Below are positions 38,989 to 52,497 of a stretch of 64,000 bases of DNA, in pieces. The translations under genes were made by a program, and so were the position numbers. Every line of letters starts with the position of its first letter. Within the stretch, counting starts at the first letter, position 1. The stretch comes from Octopus vulgaris (taxonomy: Eukaryota). The DNA is taken from NCBI GenBank assembly GCA_951406725.2, contig OX597815.1, positions 125,116,001-125,180,000 of the forward strand, in the 5' to 3' direction. The notes under the pieces were generated by a model. The model worked only from the letters and a program-made list of their open reading frames with translations. It ran no database searches and had not been told where the DNA came from.

Positions 38989-40037
38989 AACTTATAGTAA
39001 GTTTTTAAGGTACTTTATGAGGTTAATATCATCAGTAAGCAAATACATAAGCAATAAATTGTATATCAAGAATAAGAACTGACCTGAAAAACCTAGAGTC
39101 CCAATTTTATAATTGTTCTCACCAATTATTTTATAACTCATCACCAACACACAACTATTTCCTTAAATGCTAAAGTTTTCACTTGTTTGGTAACTCTTAT
39201 ACTTCTGAAGCACGTCTCCACCAAAGTCACCAGTAAAGATAATTGTTATGGAAGAACAGAAATTTGAGTAGCTTACTATAACTTACCTGATGCCTAATTA
39301 TTGTAAATTAATATCTTGCTACTGTTGACATTATTTCAAACTTCTAAGGTTAACAAAATAAATAGCAATGTCATACAATCAACAATGCTTTCTTTTAAAT
39401 AAATATGTTATCTTGTACCCCATTAAAGCATTTTCATAAGCACCATTCTGTACATCATTGTCATTTATATCTCAGTTAATGTTCTAAAAGTTCATTCATT
39501 GTCTCAGTTACTAACAACTATTTCATTCCCTCAACTCCCACACAGCAATTCATAATATTTGTTTAAGCTTTCCTAGTAACCATACATGTAAACACTGTTT
39601 CAGTGCATATGCTGATGACCTGCCAAAATCAAAATTGACATTAAAAACACAATAATACTCAGTGGTGTTGCATCACTGCATTTCAATTTTTATTCACAAA
39701 CTTTTATGACAAATGTTTTGTGATTCAATGTTTTTGGTAATGCCAACTGGTTTACTAAATACCAGAAGTCTAAAAGTCTATTTGAGGCACTGCTTAGTGT
39801 TTTTGCAAACAGAACATGGTAAAAACTGAAAGCAACAATACTGTAAAACATCAATATTTATAGCATAATATCTCAGTTACTAAGAAAGGGACTTGAAACT
39901 GAATATTTTCATGTTATTTTGATGCATATGAAATTAGGTGTGCTACCAATTGCTTTATTTTGAGATAGATTAAAAGAACAAAAGACAAACAGACTAAACA
40001 GATTGATAGTAACAAGAGGATGGGCATAATTGCATGA

Positions 40038-40267
40038 TTAACCCTTTCGTTACTGTATTTATTTTGAGATGCTCTGTGTTTCTTCCAATTAATATTGAAT
40101 ATAACAAAGAATTTAGTAAAATAATCTAGTTATCATTAAGCTTGTGCTAAGAGCGTAAATTGTGACTAAGGTTTGGTGGTAGATTTTAATTCAAAACTTA
40201 TGAAAACAAGACATTTGTACTACAGAGCCAGAGGTGGTTTCAGCTGGGTCAGCATCGAAAGGGTTAA
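40038..40267 (+). mobile_element. TTAA MITE family G (piggyBac-type) inserted in a SINE A head
   Basis: TTAA-CCCTTTCG...CGAAAGGG-TTAA; SINE A sequence resumes at 40268-40400. Confidence 0.9.
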
Positions 40268-40437
40268 TGGTTGCTTCACAACCATATGGATTTGAGTTCA
40301 ATTCTACCGCAAGGCTCCTTCAGCAAGAATATTCAACCATTGTCTTAAGTTGACTAAAACCTTGTGAATGTAATTTAGTAGATGGAAACTATACAGAACC
40401 CTTTTGGAAAGGCTATTCCAGTCTTTGGGGGATATAT

Positions 40438-40645
40438 TTAACCCTTTAGTATTCAGATTATCAAACATAATATTTATTTATTTACATTGTTTTGAATTCA
40501 TCATGCAATATATGAGAGCTTTGAGATTTTCACAATGTGATAATGTGATGGTTTGTTTTTAGAATGACATTGTAGGGTAGGTGTGAGAGACCAGATCTGA
40601 CTGGTTTGAATATAAAATAGGTAGAAAATAGGGCCAGATAAGGCC
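40438..40645 (-). mobile_element. piggyBac-derived MITE family H, one end lost
   Basis: TTAACCCTTTAGTATTCAG start; collinear with 38332-38535. Confidence 0.85.
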
Positions 40646-40752
40646 CTGCTACTACAAAAGCTCCTTTATAGAATCCAATTAGCTCAAGACATCATCAGGA
40701 GGATGATGTCTTGAGCTAACTGGATCCTATAAAGGAGCTGTTGTGGTAGCAG
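40646..40752. repeat. Fold-back palindrome, 51-bp arms, 4 mismatches, 5-nt loop
   Basis: ctgctac...tagctcaagacatcatc AGGAG gatgatgtcttgagcta...gtagcag. Confidence 0.95.
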
Positions 40753-41117
40753 ACCACGAAACACGGTTGTAATTCCTGGTATCATACCATCCCAAACCCT
40801 TGGGTACCTTTAGTAGAATCCACTTTGTTGCAAGCAATCAGATCAATGAGCAAAAAACCTGAAAAGAGGTCACATTGTTTTTTGATGGGTTTTGACTCAA
40901 GTATTAAAAAAAAAATGTCCAATATTCTTTCTTCTTTCTTTCATTTCATCTTAGTTTCATTGATAAATACAAAAGAGAACAATTTATGGTATTTTTTCAA
41001 CCTGTTACTAAAGTAACATACCAACATTATTTTGACATCATAAAACAGTTTATCTCTTGTGAAGAATTTTCACTCCATAAAGTTGTTATTTGTAACAGAT
41101 GAAACATTTTTGCTCAT

Positions 41118-41332
41118 TTAACTCTCTTGTTACTCTATTTCCATTGAAATACACTACCTTCATTTCAATTAATTTTGAAAATGAAGAATTTAGTAAAATA
41201 AGTTCATCATTATCAATCTGGTGTTTGAAACATAAACTAGCATGAAATTTTGATGGAAGATTTTAATTTAAATCTATGAAAAAAGACATTTGTATCACAG
41301 AACCAGAGATTGGTTGGTATCAGAAAAGTTAC
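41118..41332 (+). mobile_element. TTAA MITE family G, old copy
   Basis: aagaatttagtaaaataa...agattttaatt...aagacatttgta, shared with 40038-40267. Confidence 0.8.
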
Positions 41333-43029
41333 ACTTCTGTCAAGATAACTTTAAAAAGTTTTTTTATATGGATTAAGGTTATTTCTTCGTGGTTCAAGTA
41401 AATAACTTCTAATCAAAATAAATACTTTAAAAGGAGAACAGAAGACAACAGACTTGTTCAGAAGAATATATGATGGCATGCTATATAAATAAAAAGTTGA
41501 GGATAGGGGATAATGGTAAAATATCTTATGGAAATAACAAGAAGCCCTATCTGATTGATGCCATATAAAATGTAGAATAGAACAAGTATAAGAGTTGATG
41601 TAATAGGAATGAGCAAAGGGAATGTTTTCAATACTTTTCTAATATATCAGAGATCTCTAACTATAGAACAGAAAAGAGTGGGAAAATAGAATTCACTAAG
41701 AAACTACTTCAATCGAAAATAATAAAAATGTAAGTGCTAGAATCATTTTTTTCTGCTTCTGATATACTCTCTAACCTACAAACCACAAAACAAACAAATC
41801 ATTAAAACATGTTAATGAAAGCACAATCACCTACAAAATGAGCATGAAGAATGTGAAAAATCTGTTATTTCCTTTGCTAAGAGAACTACTTCATTCTGAT
41901 AATAGCATGCTATGCTGACTAAGCTAGAGTGACCAAAATCAGGGTGGTTGTTTCTTAATAAAACAGAAAAATTTAATTTCCTATGAAAATGGTTTTACAA
42001 CAATTTGAAATGGAAACTTTTTTCTTTTTCTTCTTTACTTTTTTATAAATTTTAGTGAAAGCATTTTTTCTGGTAGTAGCTGCTATAATTACTGCAATTA
42101 TCATAATGCATCTTGATTAGAAAATACTAAAAAAATGGGGCTTGATATAACCAGATATTGTAATATGAAAATTTACTTTGAAATAATATCCTTAAAGTTT
42201 AGATGTATTCCCTCAAGTAATGACTCAGCTGAGAATATTTCCCAAGTAACTCAGTGAAATCACTGAGCTAGAGAGTTTAATTTTAAATTAAACTGGTTTC
42301 ACTTACAATTGGGTATTTTAATGAACATTTCAATAATATTTCTGATAAATATTTGAAAACTAAAACAAAATATTCACTTAATTAAATATGAAGCCTTATA
42401 ATAGAAAGAGAAAATATGAAGCTTTACTGTGAGAGGAAAGCAAAATGTAGTTCATGATATTCATTCTTTTCCAAGATTCAAAACGAGGCCATACATTTAT
42501 TTTATTACTGCATAAAAAGATACCAATACCTAGAACAAATCTCTAGAAATTCTTTTTTATGGTTGTATCTTTAATTCAACCAAAATCATTAAATTAAGCT
42601 GGCTACATATAAAGACTATCATCTCCCACATTGAAATTGATAGTCAGTCACAGATGTTAACAGAGCTGTATCATATAAATTATATATTACATTTTGCACT
42701 TGTTAGAGTCAAAATTAGGTATGCTGCAAGAAAAGCAATATTTGATCAGCAGAAAGTAATAAAATGGCAAAGAAAGTCCTAGATAGAGGGGGAAAAAATT
42801 TATGCCACTCTAAGTGATATGTCAATGTTGAAACATCTCATAATTGGAGTCAATATGCTGTAAAAACATAATATACTCTCAATAACTTGGTGTCCTAACC
42901 ATCATGTTTACCCTAGGAGCCATTTTCTTAGGCGAGAATAAAAAAGAAAAATATCATAATGGTATTCTAAGTAATTCTGACAGAATATGCTTTATGAAGT
43001 TATTTTTTTTTCATTACAATAATAATTCT

Positions 43030-43410
43030 TCATCGTTGTCGTCATCATCATCATCATCATCATCATCAAACACCTGATATCCATGCTGGCATGGTTTGGA
43101 CAGTCTGACAGGAGCTGGCTGGTGAGCCAGAGGACTGTACCAAGCCCTATTATCTGCTTTGACTTGGTTTCTACAACTGGACACCCTTCCTAATGCCACC
43201 CACTTTACAGAGTGCACTGGGTGGGTGCCTTTAACATGGCACCAGCACCAACTGGATGATCAAGTATCTTGCAACACAAAGACCCCTCAACTGGGAGGGA
43301 GAATAGTAATGAAGGCAGTGGCTTTATATCAGTTGGTGAGAGGTTAAAGTATAATAGATGGATAGAGAAAGGGGTCCTGATGTAGAAGAGATACATGGCT
43401 GCCCCATTTG
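43030..43410 (-). mobile_element. SINE family B
   Basis: (CAT)n tail; ccatgctggcatggtttggacag; acccttcctaatgccacccactttacag. Confidence 0.85.
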
Positions 43411-44057
43411 GATAGCTGGCACTGATTTTGTTATGACATTTTGTATCCGAGATGCCTGATGAAAACAAAAACAATGAAATCAAAGATGAAAAATGGGTAA
43501 TGGGCATATATGATATACTGTAGAGTTAGTTATATCTAAATGTAAAATCCTTTAGCCAGCCTCAGCACATGTGTGAACTATTCTGAACCACAGCTTATAG
43601 TGGTTACTAGTCTCTAAGTGAATGGTAATAAATCTACTACTAATATAGGATAAAAAATTTTTCAGAAAAAAATTTTATTAAAAGTGGCAGCATATTAAAA
43701 TACCTAGATATAACTGGGGTACTTAGATGTACTCATGACCCTTGCTTAAGCTTTTTTCCATGGGTGCTTGTAAATATTTAATTTATTTCTTATCGTATTT
43801 TCTACTGAAGAGGGAAGGATACATAGAATTAATCCCGAAATTGATTTAATATAGAAATAATGAAATTTTTAAAAAAATTCTGTTAGCTAACTTTCCTCAA
43901 TTTCAGCAAGTGTATTTATAGTGATTGCAAAATGAAATCTGGAAATTGACGATTTAAATGTCTGTTCTCAGCATATTGGCATAGGAATAATTTTTCTTTT
44001 GCCCTTGTTTATAAGTTATATATATATATGTAGATACACACACACACATATGTATGT

Positions 44058-44210
44058 GATGAGCTTCCATACAGTTTTTGTATACCAAATTCACACACAC
44101 AATGCATATGTCAATTCAAGGCTATAGTAGAAGACAACTTGCTCATAGCAGGACTGAACCTGAAACCACACGTCTGAAGAGTGAGCTTCGTAACTACACA
44201 GCTGTGCCTG
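44058..44210 (-). mobile_element. SINE family A head
   Basis: ggctatagtagaagacaacttgc...ggactgaacctgaaaccac. Confidence 0.75.
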
Positions 44211-44760
44211 GAATTAATTCATATCATGAAGTTGATTGTTTCATTTTTATTGTTTTGTTTTTGCTTTATTCTTCTAAATGTTGTAAGTCATAAGTAGGAG
44301 AACAAATGTGCTTCATATCAAGACTTCAGATAAAACCGTAACATGGAGCAGTAACAGTTGTAATGATGGAATATGACACGAAGTGTTGTGTCATCAGCAT
44401 TTGCCAACTATATACAATTATGTAAAGAAAAAGCATATTTCATGATCAGAATAATTAAAAGTCACCATATATTCAGATATGTGATAAAAGGCAAACCATA
44501 TTGGTTGATGAGTATTGTTTTGCATCAGTGACTACAGGAGACAAATACTTGCCAACTTTAGTTTAATTTAGAAATCTGAGACTGCATTTACCTTTTTTTT
44601 TTAAGCTTCAGTTGCTTTTTCACCATTTTCCATGGAAACTGCACTGGAGCCCATTGTCTGTGTGTGCATGTATGTATATATATATGTGTGTGTGTGTGTG
44701 TGTTCTGATGCAAACAGTAAAAATAGAACTCAAAATATGAGTGTATATGTATTTTTATTA

Positions 44761-44844
44761 ATATTTAGCAGAAGCAACAGTTGACTCAAGGGCTGAAAGT
44801 TTCATGTGTAAAGTCACTCTGTTGAGTTACTCTGTTGCTTCTGC

Positions 44845-44851
<7 letters not shown>
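44761..44851. repeat. Inverted repeat, 20-bp perfect arms extended imperfectly
   Basis: atatttagcagaagcaacag / ctgttgcttctgctaaatat. Confidence 0.9.
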
Positions 44852-44884
<33 letters not shown>

Positions 44885-45289
44885 TACATAAGATATGTAC
44901 TTGTTTGTCTCCTGTTCAAGCTTGATTTACACATTTGCCACCACAACCTCATTTAGGCTTAGCAGTTCTTCCTGCTTGTTTTCACTGCCCTGTTTGTGTA
45001 ACCAATTTCACCCCTTCGCAAAATCCCAAATTTTATTTAATTTGCTTCAAGGGAGTAACTGTTTTATTGAAAGCATATATTGTTGTTAAATGCTAAAAAT
45101 ACGAGACTAGAAAAACAGTCAACAACTGATGAAGGGTCATTCTTTATGTTGTTTGTTTTGTGTCTTTCGTTGTTCGATAGAATAGTTCATGGTTCATGTA
45201 CTCGTGCTTCGTATTTTTTTGTTGTACACGTCTCATGACATCCTTTGAGTTCATGACTGTTTCCTGCACCAGCTTCACATAGAAGCCCC

Positions 45290-45868
45290 AGCCCTTCCAA
45301 AGTGCCTTGGATCGCAGGACGGCCTGCTGTACTTACCTTGGATCGTAGGGCAACCTGCTTTGCTTGAGGAGACCTATTGAGTCAAGTACATCAACATCAA
45401 AAAATCAAATGGAAATTGTAGTTGCGATACCTGTGCTGGTGGCATGTAAAATGAACCATCCATATGTGGCCAATGCCAGCGCCACCTTGACTGGCTTCCG
45501 TGCCGGTGGCACGTAAAAAGCACCAACAGATCATGGCCGTTGCCAGCCTACCCCGGCGGCCGTGGCACCTGTGGCCGTGGCACCTAAAAAGCACCATCCG
45601 TATGTGGCTGATGCCAGCGCCGCCTTCACTGGCTTCCGTGTCGGTGGCTTGTAACAACCACCAACCAATCATGGCCATTGCCAGCCTCCCCTGACACGTA
45701 AAAAGCACCCACTACACTCCCAGAGTGGTTGTCATCAGGAGGAGCATCCAGCTGTAGAAACACTACCAGATCAGACTGGAGCCTGGTGCAGCCTCCTGGC
45801 TTCCCAGACCCCAGTTGAACCATCCAACCCATGCTAGCATGGAAAACGGATGTTAAACGATGATGATG

Positions 45869-45875
<7 letters not shown>
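45290..45875 (+). mobile_element. SINE family B, CpG-retaining copy with tandem internal units
   Basis: Repeated gtaaaaagcacc...tggcc units; gagcatccagctgtagaaac core; cccatgctagcatggaaaacggatgttaaac(GAT)n tail. Confidence 0.9.
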
Positions 45876-45910
<35 letters not shown>

Positions 45911-46106
45911 CATACATATATATGTGTATACACATATATATGTATACACACATATATATATGTATACAAACATATATATTTGTATACACACACATATATA
46001 TGTATACAAACATATATATTTGTATGCACACACACACACACACACATATATATACATACATATATATATATATACATACATATACATATATATACATAGA
46101 TATATA

Positions 46107-46160
46107 CATCATCATCGTTTAACATCCGCGGAGAACGGATGTTAAACGATGATGATGATG
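46107..46160. repeat. Back-to-back inverted copies of the SINE B tail inside a TA microsatellite
   Basis: catcatcatcgtttaacatccg cggagaa cggatgttaaacgatgatgatg. Confidence 0.9.
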
Positions 46161-46304
46161 ATACACATATACATATATACATATATATATACATATATAC
46201 ACATATACATATACATATATATATATACACATATACATATATATACACATATATACACATATACATATATACACATATACATATATACATATATATATAT
46301 ATAC

Positions 46305-46352
<48 letters not shown>

Positions 46353-46597
46353 AGAAAGAGAGAGAGAGAGAGATACATTTATAATAGTATAGAATACAGT
46401 TATAATTAAGGACACAGAAGGGTTCACTGCCTCTATGCTGAGCATAGATGCTAAATCCATCCAACCACTTAAATTATTACTATATAATTTACATGTTTTG
46501 AAATAAGGAATCAGACTGACAGAAATTCATAAAATAATTCCGATAGTTTTGGATTTATCAATTTCTAAATTTCTAAATTAGTTTGATAACTTTTCCT

Positions 46598-46985
46598 ATA
46601 GGTGCAGGTGAGGTTCCCAGTTCAGTCCCATAGCGTGGCACCTTAAGCAAGTGTTCTACTATAGCCTCAAGCCTACCAAAGACTTATGAGTGGATTTGGT
46701 AGATAGAAACTGAAAGAAGCCTGTCATTATATATAGATGTATAAATGTGTGTGTGTATGTGTATGTCTGTCTGTCTGTATCTTTATACCCATCATTGTTT
46801 GATGACTGTTGGTGTGTATATGTCCCTGTAACTTAGTGGTTCAGCAAGAAGGGTTTGCAACCATATAGTTTCAAGTTCAATCCCATAGCATGGAACATTG
46901 GCCTTCATCTTCTATTATAGCTACTGGGCTAACCCAAATCTTGTGAGTGAATTTGGTAGAAGAAAACTAAAAAAAGGTTCATTAT
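46598..46985 (+). mobile_element. Two tandem SINE family A pieces
   Basis: Head + (TG)n + start of the 3' module (46598-46850), then a second head (46852-46985). Confidence 0.8.
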
Positions 46986-47826
46986 ATAGACATATCTTGT
47001 AAACGTTTATGTGTGTGTGAGTGTATATATTCATGACTTAACATCTGTTAATTGTAAACAAACATAACAAGAGGTATTATCATTTGAAATCTTGTGTAAA
47101 TATTCTGTTCATTGTGTTGTGTTCAGAATGTTAGGGGAAATATTAATTTGCTTGAAATCATGTGGGGCTGGTGACAAGAAGAGCATCCAGTGATATAAAA
47201 TATACCCTAACAAATTTTGTCTGATACATGAAAGCATGGAAAAGTGGATGTTAAAACAATGATAATGACATACACACACACACACTGTAACTGATGACAT
47301 ATGGAAAAGACATAATGTTGGGTGCTAAATGCTTGCAGTAAAATGCACCATCTGCACATTTATTCTGAAAAAGACTAGCTGCACACTTTTTTTTTCTTTC
47401 TTCTCATTCAGATTTAGATTCAGCCTAACATAACCAGCTTTATGTAATACTAGCAACTCAGATTTACCAGATAAATTGTTCTGGGAGAAAACTAACATAT
47501 ACCATAACCATTACAAATATTCCTCAAACAATATCTTATCCACTTACTGTGATGTAAACTCTTGTGGCATTCAGTTCTAACCTCATATTGTGTCAATGTT
47601 TAAATATATGTCATACTCTGGCCTGGTACCAGTTGTTTGCCTGTTTATACTTTTATTCTATTACTCATGTACATGCTTAATTGAAACACTGCCTATAGCC
47701 AATCTTCATTAGACAGCTATAACGACCCTGCATTTTTAGTTGCATTTCAAGTTGGAGTTTAGGTAGCAAGTTAACCTGAACTCTAATCGTGCATAACTAT
47801 TTGTTACATCATCAGATGTAATATTT

Positions 47827-47862
<36 letters not shown>

Positions 47863-47864
<2 letters not shown>

Positions 47865-48027
47865 GGTGCAGGCGTGGCTGTTTAGTAAGAAGTATGCTTC
47901 CCAATCATGTGAATCCAGGTTCAATCCCATTGTGTGGCACCTTGGGCATGTAACATCTACTATAGCATCAGGATGACCAAAGCTTTGTGAATGGATTTAA
48001 TAGAGAGGAACTGAAAGAAACCTGTTG
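47863..48027 (+). mobile_element. SINE family A head
   Basis: ggcgtggctgtttagtaag...ggttcaatccc...gcaccttgggca. Confidence 0.88.
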
Positions 48028-48032
48028 TATAC

Positions 48033-48118
<86 letters not shown>

Positions 48119-48329
48119 ATCAGTCTGTTCCCAATGTCTGCTTTGGCAACATTTTTTCAACTGGATACCCTTCCTAATGCCAAACACGTCACACCATGGA
48201 CTGGGTGATTTTATCATGGCACCTGTACTGGAGGGAAAGGCAGAGATGGTTATGAGTATTTTTGCATGCAAGTATGTACAGTGTGTGTGTGTGTGTGCAC
48301 ATGAGTGTGTATCTGTGTGAATATTTACA

Positions 48330-48555
48330 TTCTTCACTTTTGCATGGAAAATGATGTTTATGACATTCCCTGTCAACAAAATCATCTCATAGCCCTATGC
48401 TTTTCAGAGTCATGCAGAATAAAATTATCCCTTCCTTGAAAAACAGATAAGGGTTAATGACAGAATGGGCATTGAGCTGTAAAACAATGCTTCAGTAATA
48501 TGTATTCATCTATCCCATGCCAGCATGGACAAACATATGTTGAATGAATGAATGA
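48330..48555 (+). mobile_element. SINE family B2 with (GAAT)n tail
   Basis: ccttgaaaaacagataagggttaatgacagaatgggcattgagctgtaaaa...cccatgccagcatgga. Confidence 0.7.
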
Positions 48556-49379
48556 AGCAATCAATAAACAATTTCTGCAGAAAGTTATCTAAAAACTGGT
48601 CTGTTTATTTTACACAAACACACTCATGTTGTTTCATACCTATTACAGTATTTCATTACCTTCTCTTATAAAACTTTACAGAATTATAAATAGGAAGGAA
48701 AAGTGCCCAAAATCTATATCACAAGTAATAATGAACTGAGTACTGGTAAACAGTCTTGATATTATATATTGATAGTTGAACTCCCAATGGTATTTGCAAA
48801 CTACAAACACACCCCACCCATTTCTCTCTCTTCTTCCCTTTTTCTCTCTGTATGTATCTATATGTATATGTGTAGGTATAGGAAGCAGAAGCCTTTGTTT
48901 ACAAAGTTATACAAAGCCAAACTCAACCCTCAACAAGCTGCATGCCGTCAGACAAAAGAAAAAAAAAAACCTATATAAGTATGAGCAAAGGCAATTTTAG
49001 AAACTGATGCCTATATTTTAAAAGCTACTACCTTCAGAACTAAAGAAAGAAGGCCTCTGTAAATTTTTCCATCAACAGCACCAAGCAATGTGAAAAGTGT
49101 ACAGCCACAAAATTTTGTATTCTGTCAAAAACTATAAACAATTTGAATTTAAAGAAACAAAAACAGAAATAATATTGTAATAACACTATAAGAACAAGTG
49201 TAAGTTACCAAGTATAGCACCAGATGGAATAACTAGACATAAACATAAAAAGTGACTTCAAGAAAGGCCATTAGCATTGAAGTCACTATTCAGTTTATAA
49301 TCGATATACCACTTATGACTGATGTCTGGCATGAAACTTAAAATAATGAAGGTGTAATCAACTTAAGGAACACTTATAA

Positions 49380-49600
49380 TAATTGTTTCAAGTTTTGGTA
49401 CAAGATAAGCAATTTTAGGGTGGGAGCATCAGTTGATTACATTCAGCCTGGTGCTCACTGCTACTGAGTTTATCAACTTTCAAAGGATGAAAGGCAAAGT
49501 CAACCTTTTTCAGAATTTGAACTCAGTATATAAAGAGCCAGAAGAAATGCTGCTAAGCATTTTTTTTCAGCGCACTAACGATTCTGCCAACATGTTACCC
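49380..49600 (-). mobile_element. SINE family C
   Basis: aaaggatgaaaggcaaagtcaac...gaatttgaactcag...ctaacgattctgcca; a partial copy also lies at 49875-50010. Confidence 0.85.
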
Positions 49601-52497
49601 TAAAGGACATCATAATAATTATTTCTTTATTATTCTTTTTTGAGGAGAGTGCTTGAGTTTGGAGTGAATGAACTGTGGAAACGAGGTCAACTAAAGAAAA
49701 GGTGGAGGAGGAGATTGGGAGGGTTGGTTTGAGGAGGGAGGACACTCAAAACTGGGTGAGATAGCAAGATGGTGTGAGTAGTTGCTGTAAGAGTAAGGTA
49801 GATCTGGCTACCCCCATTAACGGGGACAAATCCAGATTTAAAATATTGGACATTGAACAAAATAAACTGGTTAAAAATCTTAGCACAAGGCTAGTAATTT
49901 GGAGGAGGGGTTAAGTCAATTACATCAACACCAGTGCTAAACTGGTATTTATTTTATCTGCCCTGAAAGAATAAAAAGCAAAGTTGACCTTGGTGGAAAT
50001 TTAACTCAATAGAAATAAAATATAATGTAAAAAAATTGCCTATTTTCAAATTGCTTTTTCTTATGAAACCACTTCCAAGTTATGTAGAAACATTTGCACT
50101 ATTTTTTAATAAAAATTTACACCTTGATGAAAAAGCTAACTTTAGACATTAAAAGAAAGAAGAAATCTGATGAAAGAATTTCCATAAAATAATTGAGTTT
50201 CCAAAGTAGACATATTAGAAGAATTATAATGCATCTACCATTAGTGAAGATTATATAATTAAAAGCGAAAACCTTACAAAATATTAATTTATAGTGTAGC
50301 TAGAAAATTTCTGATACATGAGTTATATAATCATGAATGAGGAGTCAATGAGAGCCTTTAGAAAGTCATGTTATCTGTTAGAAACAGCAGCCAAATTTCC
50401 AGCAAGTTAATCCAGTAAAGGACACACAAGATATATAATCCTCAACACATCTAAAGCAGAATAGTCACAGTTTGAATCGCCCTTCACCATAGGTCTGCTC
50501 GAAAAAAGAAATGTATTCTGGGACTAAACAACATAAAGACATCCATAAAGCACATCTCACAAATCAATCAGTACTTAAAAAAAGAGAGAGAGAGAAAGGG
50601 AGATAAAAGAATTTTTCAGAAGTTATCTAGAATTGAATTTTGCCAACACAAAATGTTAGTTTCCTGATTTAGGTGCTTAAATTAGAAGTGCTGCACTCTA
50701 TTAACAGTGAAATATAAGATTTAATAAAGATATTCTGCAAAAGAAGGAAAAAATGGTGAATATGATATGCTGAATATGTAATATAAACTGGAGACAGAGA
50801 TAGTGCACTTGGTGAAGCTAAAATAATGACATAAAATCAAGCACAGTGAAATTTGAGTTATGAAATTGTTATGAGTACAAGTACAAGCTAAATGGAGTAG
50901 AAGAAGGATAAGGAAAATCCAGAATTAAATGAAATGGTTGAAACCAAAAAATGATTATCAAGGTCAAGGAAATAAAACACTTGAAGTCATCCAAGCGAAA
51001 AATAAAAATGTTATGAATAGAGATGATGAAGAAGTGGCCAAGGGAGGAGTTAAGAACATACATTCATGTTGCTTAGTTAATAATCTTATGCTCATTAAAT
51101 TCACCATTTACAGGGAAATAAAACTGCTTCATACATACAAAAAATAAACACCTATAATATCTTCAGCAACAAGCTGTGTAACTAGCATGGTGGCACAGTT
51201 TAACAGCAACTGATAACACTAACAAATGGTTGCTTTTTAACTTTTTGCTATTGTAACAAGAAAAAAAATGATAACTGCTTAAGTTTCATTCATCTGAACT
51301 GCTATTTTGCTTCATTCTATATTTGTTTCTCAAAGTGTTAAATTGTAACAAAAGAGTTTTTACATTTATTTATTTATTTATTTATTTATTCATTTATTTA
51401 TTTTCTATTGATATTTCTAATCCTTTTACACAGCCTGCCCATTATAACTGACTCCTTTCATAAACATAGAGCTTCAAATTTCTAAGGGAAGAAAAATGAG
51501 ATTGCATCACATTTCTGTTCTTTCTCAAGATCACCAGCAACATAAACAAGGTGAAATGGCTATAACCAGGTCAGGGTCTTTGTTTGCCAGGAGCTCCTTT
51601 GCCACAGCCAGCAGTACTATTACTACTACTACTACTACTACTATTTTTCAGAACTGAAAAATTAGAATTTGTGAAGTACTATGTGACAATGAAATTATTC
51701 ACATGTTACAAATACTAACTATGATTACAAAAACCGTGTGTGTACGTGTGTGTGTGCATGCATGTGCATGCATGTGTGTGTGTGTGTGTGAAAGATAGAG
51801 AGAGAGAGAGAAACAAAACTAGGAAAAATAATTTTCCTTCAACACCATTTATACTGTTTCTATGGATTAACAAAATAATGCAATGAGTGAATTGGATGTC
51901 ATTAACAGATGTAAAAAAAAAAAAAAATATTTACATAGATCTAAAATGATTAGCCTTGCATTCTCTCTAAATAAGTTCAAACGAAGCTATAAATATTTTA
52001 TTAGCAGATATCCAAGTATTTAAATAATTAAATAGTAAGCATGCTCTCTCTCCCCATCCCCTCTCTCTTGTGGCACTAAGCATATAGTTACTGTAAAACT
52101 CATAAAAGTTCCAGAGATGCCAACAATAAATGGCTTAGTGTTTATAATATACAAATGGATATTCAAATGAATATGATTTTGCACCAAGTATAATATCCTG
52201 GACTAATAACAACAACAACAAAAACAATAAGAGCAATCCAATTTTGAATTGTCAACTTCTAGGGCCGAATAACTTGACAATAGTTGTCATACAACTAATC
52301 TATGATTACAATTGTTTGAGAAAAGTGTTCCTTGAAATGAATTAGAGCATTGGACAGAGTTCTGATATCTTGTTCACACTGAGTATAAAATTATTTCCTA
52401 GTCAGAAGTTTTAGAAAGAAAAATATTTTGTTTTGTTTTCAATGAGAAACACCTAATGAGTTTGGCCCACATTCCAACAAACTCACATTTGCAGATG

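Noticed and set aside
39287-39343. Minus-strand 57-nt exon with a perfect CAG|GTAAGT donor
   Set aside because: Stops in all three frames; could only be non-coding, and nothing else supports it.
51560-51653. Minus-strand acceptor followed by LKNSSSSSSSNSTAGCGKGAPGKQRP*
   Set aside because: The poly-Ser comes from a (TAG)n microsatellite; it ends in a stop with no donor support.
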